Shown: piece after piece, positions 1 to 7,811 of the stretch
Layout: every line of letters starts with the position of its first letter
How positions within the stretch are numbered: the stretch's first letter is position 1
Assembly: GCF_006345805.1 (NCBI RefSeq)
Contig: NW_021827944.1
Location: 1-9,452, forward strand
Length of the DNA: 9,452 bases
DNA from: Octopus sinensis
Taxonomy: Eukaryota
Direction of reading: 5' to 3'
Notes under the pieces: model-generated
Databases searched by the model: none
Seen by the model: only the letters and a program-made list of their open reading frames with translations
Told to the model about the DNA's origin: nothing
Program-made: the position numbers and the translations under genes

Positions 1-99
1 TGGTCGGCCCGGGGCTATAGCAGAAGACACTTGCCCAAGATGCCACGCAGTGGACTGAACCCAGAACCATGTGGTTTGTTAGCAAGTACTTACCACACA
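1..99 (-). mobile_element. tRNA-derived SINE, 5' head/core fragment (cut by the window edge)
   Basis: Reverse complement matches the head of the SINE at 3033-3417 (tgtgtggtaagta...ggttcagtcc...cttgggcaagtgtcttctgctatagccccgggccgacca). Confidence 0.9.
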
Positions 100-124
100 T
101 AAGATATATGTGTGTTTTATTTAT

Positions 125-301
125 TCTTTTACTTCTTCCAGTCATTTGACTACGGCCATGCTGGAGTACCGCCTTTAGTTGAACAAATTGGCCTTAGGAC
201 TTATGCTTTGTAAGCCTAGTACTTATTCTATTAATCTCTTTTGCTGAACCACTAAGTTACAGAAGCGTAAACACTGTGAAGCAATGGTGGGGGGGACAAA
301 C
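125..301 (-). mobile_element. SINE 3' half, older diverged copy; head missing
   Basis: Aligns by eye to 2496-2684 (cagtcatttgact..ggccatgctggag...tacttattctat...ctaagttac...ggacaaac) with many CpG-to-TpG/CpA changes and a short deletion. Confidence 0.88.
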
Positions 302-325
302 ATATACATACATGCACACACCACA

Positions 326-380
<55 letters not shown>
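302..380. repeat. (CA)n microsatellite, at the position of the SINE-internal microsatellite
   Basis: Direct CA run following ggacaaac, as in the full SINE copy at 2685-2745. Confidence 0.95.
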
Positions 381-381
<1 letters not shown>

Positions 382-389
382 CTATATAT

Positions 390-530
390 CTCTCCTTGTT
401 TCTCTCCTTGTTTCTTTTCTGTGTATCTTTCTGTTGAAGAGCGCGGCTCAAAACGTAAAAGACTTGTTCTATTTCTATTCCTGAGCGCCATACTAATACA
501 TTTGTTTATTTTCGTAAACCTACCCCTTAT
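390..530 (+). mobile_element. Penelope-like (pLTR/retrozyme-type) repeat unit, copy 1, internally deleted
   Basis: Direct repeat of 774-934 (tctctccttgtttcttttctg...gaagagcg..gctc.aaacgtaaaagacttgttctatttctattcctgagcgccatactaatacatttgttt). The Penelope-like call rests on the hammerhead-like motif and is inference. Confidence 0.6.
426..462 (+). ncRNA. Degenerate minimal type I hammerhead-ribozyme-like motif
   Basis: Stem I UCUUU(426-430)/AAAGA(458-462); CUGUUGA 431-437; extra A; stem II GAGC/GCUC with GCG loop; AAAAC instead of GAAAC (G12 to A); GUA triplet 455-457. Confidence 0.5.
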
Positions 531-745
531 ATATGTGTGTATATATGTATGTGTGTTTGTATGTATGTATTTATGTATGTGTGTATGTATGTACGTATCT
601 GTGTATGTATGTGTGTATGTATGTATGTACTGTATGAATTTATTTATGTATGTGTGTATGTACGTATGTATGTGTGTTTGTATGTTTGTATGTGTGTATG
701 TATGTGTGTATGTGTGATGTATGTATGTATGCATGTATTTATGTA
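531..745. repeat. Degenerate (TATG)n/(TG)n microsatellite between the two hammerhead-bearing units
   Basis: Direct sequence composition. Confidence 0.92.
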
Positions 746-934
746 GACCGCTAGCTCCTACATGCATTTTTTTTCTCTCCTTGTTTCTTTTCTGTTTATC
801 TTTCTGTCGAAGAGCGTAGGCTCGAAACGTAAAAGACTTGTTCTATTTCTATTCCTGAGCGCCATACTAATACATTTGTTTGTTTGTACTCCACCTGCCT
901 TCGTCTTTTGTCTATTTTCATAAAGCTTCCCGTT
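746..934 (+). mobile_element. Penelope-like (pLTR/retrozyme-type) repeat unit, copy 2
   Basis: Longer copy of 390-530, ending ...attttcataaagcttcccg before a (TA)n run. The left boundary is approximate (shared sequence starts near 774). Confidence 0.62.
799..836 (+). ncRNA. Minimal type I hammerhead-ribozyme-like motif with variant core
   Basis: Stem I UCUUU(799-803)/AAAGA(832-836); CUGUCGA 804-810 (canonical CUGANGA); extra A811; stem II GAGC(812-815)-GUAG-GCUC(820-823); GAAA 824-827; palindromic ACGU stem III 827-830; GUA triplet with predicted cut after 831. Confidence 0.7.
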
Positions 935-949
935 ATATATATATATATC

Positions 950-1478
950 GATATCGAACCTCATCCGACGACAGGCACCTATGCCTACCCCCCTTTGCTT
1001 GCGAAGACCTGTTGGAGCAAGTGAAATCGGAATCAAAATTGAACCAATCCTATGACTGGCACCCGGCAGATGCCAGGACCCCTGGACTGGAGATACATAA
1101 AAAGCACCATCCGAATCGTGACCAATGCCAGCGCCGCCTCGACTAGCTTCCGTGCAGGTGGCACGTAAAAAGCACCATCCAAATTGTGGCCGAAGCCAGT
1201 GCCGCCTCAACTGGCTTCCGTGCAGGTGGCACGTAAAATGCACCAATCCGACCGTGGCCGATACCAGCCTCGCCTGGCACCAGTGTGGGTGGCACGTAAA
1301 AAGCACCCACTACACTCACGGAGTGGTTGGCGTTAGGAAGGGCATCAAGCTGTAGAAACATTGCCAGATAAGACCGGAGCCTGGTGCAGCCTCCTGGCTT
1401 CCCAGATCCCCGGTCGAACCGTCCAACCCATGCTAGTATGGAGAACGGACGTTAAACGATGATGATGATGATGATGAT
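950..1478 (+). mobile_element. Non-autonomous retroelement (RTE-related SINE-like), 5'-truncated, (GAT)n tail
   Basis: Contains ggagtggttggcgttaggaagggcatc.agctgtagaaac and ends ggacgttaaac(gat)7 at 1458-1478. An inverted second copy lies at 5390-5572. RTE affinity is recalled from the ggaagggcatcc.gc.gta motif and unverified; the 5' boundary is approximate. Confidence 0.75.
1089..1307 (+). repeat. Internal 63-68 bp tandem repeat, about 3.3 units
   Basis: Motif ggtggcacgtaaaa(a/t)gcacc starts at 1157, 1225 and 1288, with a degenerate copy at 1089 (spacings 68, 68, 63). Confidence 0.9.
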
Positions 1479-1503
1479 ATGTATGTATATATAATGGGTA
1501 TGA

Positions 1504-1651
1504 TTTTGTGTCCCTGTAATTGAGGATTTCTGTAAAAGAGACTGGTTAAAAATGGAAGTATTGTGGTCAGTGCATTTGACTATAGACTCTACAAGGTGGT
1601 GCCCCAGCATGGCTGCAGTCTAATGAGTGAAAAAAGTAAAAGGTAAAAGAT
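1504..1651 (+). mobile_element. Highly diverged SINE 3' tail
   Basis: ggtggtgccccagcatggctgcagtctaatgagtgaaaaaagtaaaag matches the tail at 3367-3415; upstream similarity (aaaagagac...aagta) is weaker. Confidence 0.7.
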
Positions 1652-1841
1652 ATACACACAGATACCACCTAATTCAATGCCAGAGGAAATAACGAGGAGT
1701 AGTTAAGAAGAAATACAAAGAATACCGTAAATAAAATGGGGGGGGGGTTTAAGAGAAAAGGAAAAACGAAGAGAAAAATGCCATTAAAAATGACCAGATA
1801 TTAGGTTGTTGACTTAGCAATGGGAAATGAATATATATATG

Positions 1842-2131
1842 TGTGTTTGTATATATGTATATATATATGTGTGAGTGTATGTGTATATATGTTTGTCTGT
1901 GTATATTTATGTATATATATATATATGTGTGTGTGCGTGTGTGTGTATATATTTTTTCATAAACTCTCCCTATGTATTATATATATATATATATATTATA
2001 TATATACATATATACAATATATATACTATATATACACAATATATATATATATATATCTACATATATATACTATAATATATATATATATATATCTATATAT
2101 ACATATATATATATATATACATATATATATA

Positions 2132-2172
<41 letters not shown>

Positions 2173-2250
2173 CTATATATATATATCTATATGTATGTCT
2201 ATATATATATATATATATATATGTGGTGTGGGTTGTGTATATGTGAATGC
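1842..2250. repeat. Compound (TG)n/(TA)n microsatellite
   Basis: Direct sequence composition. Confidence 0.95.
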
Positions 2251-2480
2251 ATGTGTCATGAAAAACAAGGGAACTGCGCCAAGGAGTGTTTCGAGAGTAT
2301 AACAGTTGTTGAAACATTGAGAAATAAAAAAGCAGACAATGAACCAGGGGAGGGGAAAGGAGTGGAGGGGATTTGCAGGGAGATTCAAATGTCCATTTGG
2401 CATTTAATATAAACTGGGTCTGTGTGGTGTGTGTGTGTGTGTGTGTGTGTTATATATATAAAAATATATATTTATATATT

Positions 2481-2703
2481 TCTTTCTTTTTCTTTTCTTT
2501 TACTTGTTTCAGTCATTTGACTGCGGCCATGCTGGAGCACCACCTTTTGGTCGAGCAAATCGACCCCGGGACTTATTCTTTGTAAGCCCAGTACTTATTC
2601 TATCGGTCTCTTTTGCCGAACCGCTAAGTTACAAGGACGTAAACACACCAGCATCGGTTGTCAAGCGATGCTAGGAGGACAAACACAGACACACACACGC
2701 ACG

Positions 2704-2741
<38 letters not shown>

Positions 2742-2901
2742 TACGACAGGCTTCTTTCATTTCCGTCTACCAAATCCACTCACAAGGCATTGGTCGCCCA
2801 AGGCTATAGCAGAAGACACTTGCCCAAGGTGCCATGCAGTGGGACTGAACCCGGAACCATGTGGTTGGGAAGCAAGATTCTTACTACACACAGCCATGCC
2901 T
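2481..2901 (-). mobile_element. Near-full-length tRNA-derived CORE-like SINE with internal microsatellite and (AAAGA)n tail
   Basis: Reverse complement runs head (aggcatggctgtgtg...ggttcagtccc), ccttgggcaagtg core-like block, internal (TA)/(TG) run at 2685-2745, then the tail. It is colinear with 3033-3417. Confidence 0.92.
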
Positions 2902-2946
2902 CTCTCTCTCTCTATATATTATATACATACATATATATATATATAT

Positions 2947-3030
<84 letters not shown>
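2902..3030. repeat. (TC)n then (TA)n spacer between the inverted SINEs
   Basis: Direct sequence composition. Confidence 0.95.
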
Positions 3031-3032
3031 GT

Positions 3033-3416
3033 GCAGGAGTGGCTGTGTGGTAAGTAGCTTGTTTACCAGCCACATGGTTCTGGGTTCAGTCCCACTGCGT
3101 AGTATCTTGGGCAAGTGTCTTCTGCTATAGCCCCGGGCCGACCAATGTCTTGTGAGTGGATTTGGTAGACGGAAACTGAAAGAAGCCTATCGTATACATG
3201 TATTTATATATGTATGTGTGTGTCTGCGTTTGTCCCCATAGCATAGCTTGACAACCGATGCTGGTGTGTTTACATCCCCGTCACTTAGCGGTTTGGCAAA
3301 AGAGACCGATAGAATAAGTACTGGGCTTACAAAGAATAAGTCCTGGGGTCGATTTGCTCGACTAAAGGCGGTGCTCCAGCATGGCCGCAGTCAAATGAGT
3401 GAAACAAGTAAAAGAG

Positions 3417-3417
<1 letters not shown>
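3033..3417 (+). mobile_element. Near-full-length tRNA-derived CORE-like SINE
   Basis: Pol III A-box-like TGGCTGTGTGG 3040-3050, B-box-like GGTTCAGTCCC 3083-3093, cttgggcaagtg core-like block, internal microsatellite near 3193-3228, tail ending gaaacaagtaaaaga. Confidence 0.92.
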
Positions 3418-3462
<45 letters not shown>

Positions 3463-3520
3463 CATACATATATATATTTATATATATGTACACATGTATG
3501 TATATATGTGTCTGTGTGTA
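3418..3520. repeat. (TA)n/(TG)n microsatellite
   Basis: Direct sequence composition. Confidence 0.93.
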
Positions 3521-4606
3521 TGAGTGCACACATTTCTGAATGCATTTATTGGTTTTAATTCTTTTGGCTGTTTTAATATTTGCCATGCAATTGTTCCACA
3601 AACTCTCCCATCTGAATGTGTTTGTGATTAAATCTTCACTGTTTCATTTGATTCTTTTCTTTCTCTTAACAATAGAACGTCATTTGTACACGGCTCCTAT
3701 TTCGACATAATTGGATTTCGTCAGTTCCACGTGGTGTGTCAGGAAGCTCAGGAGCATTATACAATGTGTTACGTTACATTAGATAAAAATTATTTACTTT
3801 AAAGAAGGGAGTGGAGGAGCGTGGTGGTGGGGGGGAAGGTCTACAACAAAGTCGTTATCATTCATAGGTCATTAATAGCATAAAAGCGACCGAGGGTGAG
3901 TAAGAGCGAGAGAGATAGTTGTAACATTAAATTGAAATTTACATAGAGGCTGAAATTTTATCCAGAAAGCAATACGATTCATGTCTCCTCTGTAAATAAA
4001 ACGAAAGCAGTTCTTTTTCTCATTTGCAGTCATTAATTTTTTTCTTCTCTAATTAACGAGAGCTTGAAGTATATTTTATGAGGATATATATATATAAACG
4101 CTACATTTTATACGACTAAATTTCATTCTACACATGACTTACGCCATTTAAATTTAAAATTTAAATAACTTTACTTTTAGATTCACGATGGAATTAATGA
4201 ATAGAGAACATTTAGAAGAAGCTTGTTTCATCGAGGTTTTGATCGCCAATCACGAAAATATTATTGTTTATTAAATTTTTGTCCAAATTTTTGTCCAAAA
4301 AATAAAAAACGAAATATTTAATAAATACTTTGATTTAATATTTTATGAGGAAGATCTGAAGATTTACTGTTTATTTAAGTAAACATAATTCTGTCGATGA
4401 TTTGTGGGCCAGGGTATCTGTCGAGATTCACCAGGGTATATAGGAGGAAACAATCAGCTGTAAAGTGTACTTCAGAAGCGCAACATCACAGGGTGTATAT
4501 TAAGGGTGGCAGTGGACAGATTTCAGATTAATAGTTTTGAGAATAAATCTGTTTAAAAGATGCAATAAAATCTCAGATTTAATGTCTTTTCCACAGATGA
4601 TCTACA

Positions 4607-5095
4607 CGTGTGTATGTGTGTGTGGTTCTGTGTATGTGTGTTTATTTACACGTATGTGTGTGTATTTGCGTGTGTTTGCATGTGTACGTGTGTGTATGTC
4701 TGTATTTATGTGTATGTGTGTTTGCGTGTGTGTGTCTGTATGCATGTGAGTCTGTGTGTTTATGTGTGCATGTGTGTGTGTTTGTGCATGCGTGTTTGTG
4801 TGTGTTTATGTGTACATGTCTGCATGTGAGTCTGTGTGTTTGCGTATGTGTGTGTTTATGTGTGTGTGTTTGTGTGTATGTGTTTGCGTATGCGTGTTTC
4901 TGTGTGTTTATGTGTGTGTGTGTCTGTATGCATGTGAGTCTGTGTGTTTGCGTACGTGTGTGTTTATGTATGCATGTGTGTGTGTCTGTGTGTTTGCGTA
5001 CGTGTGTGTTTATGTATGCATGTGTGTGTGTCTGTGTGTTTGCGTACGTGTGTGTTTATGTATGCATGTGTGTGTGTGTGTGTGTGTGTCTGTGT
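4607..5095. repeat. Degenerate (TG)n tract with a 46-bp higher-order unit
   Basis: tttgcgtacgtgtgtgtttatgtatgcatg recurs at 4947, 4993 and 5039. Confidence 0.93.
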
Positions 5096-5099
5096 CTTC

Positions 5100-5204
5100 A
5101 GTTCAACCTCACCATGCAGTACCTTGGGCAAGTGTCTTCTATCATAGCCTCAGGCTGACCAAAGCCTTGTGAGTGGATTTGGCAGATGGAAACTGAAAGA
5201 ATCC
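5100..5204 (+). mobile_element. SINE middle fragment (B box to pre-microsatellite), diverged
   Basis: gttcaacc...ccttgggcaagtgtcttct..atagcc...gaccaaagccttgtgagtggatttgg.aga.ggaaactgaaagaa matches 3084-3186. Confidence 0.88.
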
Positions 5205-5385
5205 CCCATGATAGGTGAAAATCCACAAAGTTGAAACAGAACTGTACTGCTTATGTTTTTTTATCATTTCTATAATTTGTATATATTTCTTTTATTATAA
5301 ATGCAAAACTACAACAAAAAGGAATCAATGTAAGCTTAAACAATAAACCGCGATAGGTGGACCGCGATATGATGAAGGTCTACTG
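5205..5385. mobile_element. One end of a Tc1/mariner (Tigger/pogo-like) non-autonomous DNA transposon
   Basis: Ends ...gaaggtctactg followed by TA (5386-5387). The reverse complement CAGTAGACCTTCATCATATCGCGG resembles Tigger-type CAGTA termini, with a subterminal ccgcgata motif repeated. No partner TIR was found in the window. Confidence 0.55.
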
Positions 5386-5389
5386 TATA

Positions 5390-5572
5390 TCATTATCATC
5401 ATCATCATCATTGTTTAACGTCTGATTTTCAGGCTGGCATGGGTCGGACGGTTTGACTGAGGATTGGCAAGCCAGAAGGCTGCACCTGGCTCCAATCTGG
5501 TCTGGCAGAGTTTCTACAGCTGGATGCCCTTCCTAACGCCAACCACTCCGAGAGTTTAGTGGCATATTTTAT
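5390..5572 (-). mobile_element. 3' end of the (GAT)n-tailed RTE-related element
   Basis: (ATC)n followed by the reverse complement of about 1300-1457 (gtttaacgtc...gtttctacagctggatgcccttcctaacgccaaccactccg). Confidence 0.88.
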
Positions 5573-7638
5573 ATAAAATTAATTGAAAAAACAAAGAACA
5601 TCTCAACAGAAATATGGTAACAAAAGGGTTAAAATATATAATAGAGAAACAATTCTTAACCCTTTTGATACCAGCCTGGCTGAAACTGCTTCTGGGCTCT
5701 GTGGTAAAATGTCTTGTTTCCAAAAGTTTTCAATTAAAATCTTCCACCAAACCTTAGTCACAATTTATGTTCCTAACACTAGCTGAATGATAACTAAGTT
5801 ATTTTACTAAATTCTTTGTTATATTTAAATAATTGAAAGAAACAAGAACATCTCAACAGAAATATGGTAACAAAAGGGTTAAAATATAATAGAGAAACAA
5901 TTCTTAACCCTTTTGATGCCAACCTGGCTGAAACCACCTCTGACTCTGTAGTACAAATGTCTTGTTTTCATAAGTTTTGAATTAAAATCTTCCACCAAAC
6001 CTTAGTCACACAATTTATGTTCCTAACACTAGCTTAACGATAACTAAGTTATTTTACTAAATTCTTTGTTATATTTAAAATTAATTGAAAGAAACACAGA
6101 GCATCTCAACAGAAATATGGTAACAAAAGGGTTAAAATATATATAGAGAAACAATTCTTAACCCTTTTGATGCCAACTGGCTGAAACCACTCTGGCTCTG
6201 TAGTACAAATGTTTGTTTTCATAAGTTTTGAATTAAAATCTTCCACCAACCTTAGTCACAATTTATGTTCCTAACACTAGCTTAACGATAACTAAGTATT
6301 TTACTAAATTCTTTGTTATATAAAATTAATTGAAAGAAACACAGAGCATCTCAACAGAAATATGGTAACAAAAAGGGTTAAAATATATAATAGAGAAACA
6401 ATTCTTAACCCTTTTGATACCAACCTGGCTGAAACCACTTCTGGCTCTGTAGTACAAATGTCTTGTTTTCATAAGTTTTGAATTAAAATCTTCCACCAAA
6501 CCTTAGTCACAATTTATGTTCCTAACACTAGCTTAACGATAACTAAGTTATTTTACTAATTCTTTGTTATATTTAAAATTAATTGAAAGAAACACAGAGC
6601 ATCTCAACAGAAATATGGTAACAAAAGGGTTAAATTATATAATAGAGAAACAATTCTTAACCCTTTTGATGCAACCTGGCTGAAACCACTTCTGGCTCTG
6701 TAGTACAAATGTCTTGTTTTCAAAAGTCCTGAATAAAATCTTCCACCAAACCTTAGTCACAATTTATGTTCCTAACACTAGTTAACGATAACTAAGTTAT
6801 TTACTAAATTCTTTGTATATTTAAAATTAATTGAAAGAAACACAGAACATCTCAACAGAAATATGGTAACAAAAGGGTTAAAATATATAATAGAGAAACA
6901 ATTCTTAACCCTTTTGATGCCAACCTGGCTGAAACCACTTCTGGCTCTGTAGTACAAATGTCTTGTTTTCATAAGTTTTGAATTAAAATCTTCCACCAAA
7001 CCTTAGTCACAATTTATGTTCCTAACACTAGCTTAACGATAACTAAGTTATTTTACTAAATTCTTTGTTATATTTAAAATTAATTGAAAGAAACACAGAG
7101 CATCTCAACAGAAATATGGTAACAAAAGGGTTAAAATATATAATAGAGAAACAATTCTTAACCTTTTGATACCAACCTGGCTGAAACCACTTCTGGCTCT
7201 GTAGTACAAATGTCTTGTTTTCATAAGTTTTGAATTAAAATCTTCCACCAAACCTTAGTCACAATTTATGTTCCTAACACTAGCTTAACGATAACTAAGT
7301 TATTTTACTAAATTCTTTGTTATATTTAAAATTAATTGAAAGAAACACAGAGCATCTCAACAGAAATATGGTAACAAAAGGGTTAAAATATATAATAGAG
7401 AAACAATTCTTAACCCTTTTGATGCCAACCTGGCTGAAACCACTTCTGGCTCTGTAGTACAAATGTCTTGTTTTCAAAAGTCCTGAATTAAAATCTTCCA
7501 CCAAACCTTAGTCACAATTTATGTTCCTAACACTAGCTTAATGATAACTAAGTTATTTTACTAAATTCTTTGTTATATTTAAAGTAATTGAAAGAAACAC
7601 AGAGCATCTCAACAGAAATATGGTAACGAAAGGGTTAA
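5572..7638. repeat. Tandem array (period 247-254 bp) of piggyBac-type MITEs plus a constant 21-23 bp linker
   Basis: Partial unit 5572-5628, then eight MITEs at 5660-5878, 5908-6131, 6162-6377, 6409-6629, 6661-6877, 6909-7130, 7162-7382 and 7414-7634. Each is TTAA-CCCTTTTGAT(A/G)CC...GGTAACAAAAGGG-TTAA, separated by aatatataatagagaaacaattc. Confidence 0.93.
7414..7634. mobile_element. piggyBac-superfamily MITE (representative terminal unit, 221 bp)
   Basis: TTAA at 7410-7413 and 7635-7638, imperfect 13-bp TIRs starting CCC, no coding capacity. TTAA target sites with CCC...GGG ends are established piggyBac hallmarks. Confidence 0.82.
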
Positions 7639-7696
7639 CAGAACAGGGAATCTTCTATACATGTCAGTATGTGTTTAAAAATTTTTTTTTTAAAAG

Positions 7697-7811
7697 CCAA
7701 AACAATGCAGGTTGTTCAAAGAGAATGGATTGACAGTTTTATTTGGAATTTATTTGGAGACGGGTTGGTTTTTGCTGACATCTCAGTCCTGCAGTGTGTA
7801 TATAAACACAG
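7697..7811 (+). CDS. Candidate internal coding exon of an unidentified gene
   Basis: Non-repeat island preceded by T10-AAAAG (alternative acceptor CAG at 7708-7710) and followed by ACAG|GTATGA. Two frames are open; one reads KTMQVVQREWIDSFIWNLFGDGLVFADISVLQCVYKH. No protein recognised. Confidence 0.3.

Noticed and set aside
741-763. ATGTAG/CTACAT hairpin upstream of hammerhead copy 2
   Set aside because: Only 6 bp, adjacent to TATG-rich sequence where such matches are expected, and absent from copy 1.
252-767. 171-aa minus-strand ORF and the overlapping short ORFs
   Set aside because: These are translations of (CA)n/(TATG)n (HT/YI/CV repeats) and of the antisense hammerhead unit; no coding signal.
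758-1306. 182-aa minus-strand ORF
   Set aside because: It spans two unrelated repeats and a (TA)n run. The apparent repeated peptide comes from the 68-bp DNA repeat, and no RT or endonuclease motif is present.
1820-2412. Y/I/C/V-rich ORFs
   Set aside because: Stop-free frames of dinucleotide microsatellites; the non-repetitive tail resembles no protein I recognise.
3040-3100. tRNA gene suggested by the A and B boxes
   Set aside because: It continues into SINE body and tail, recurs in several decayed copies, and I could not fold a full cloverleaf.
4273-4296. 12-bp tandem duplication aaatttttgtcc, plus a 14-bp atattttatgagga repeat near 4071 and 4338
   Set aside because: Short AT-rich repeats with no associated structure; compatible with slippage or chance.
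4578-4612. Acceptor-like ttaatgtcttttccacag
   Set aside because: It leads into a (TG)n tract after about 11 nt with no credible exon.
4537-5172. Cys/Val-rich ORFs resembling metallothionein or keratin-associated proteins
   Set aside because: They are (TG)n translations, open in several frames at once.
6778-7504. Two near-identical minus-strand ORFs (MVEDFNS...)
   Set aside because: Chance frames across MITE junctions, broken in the other units.
5572-7638. CRISPR-like repeat/spacer array
   Set aside because: The linkers are essentially identical, the repeats exceed 200 bp and carry TIRs and TTAA sites, no cas genes are present, and the context is eukaryotic.
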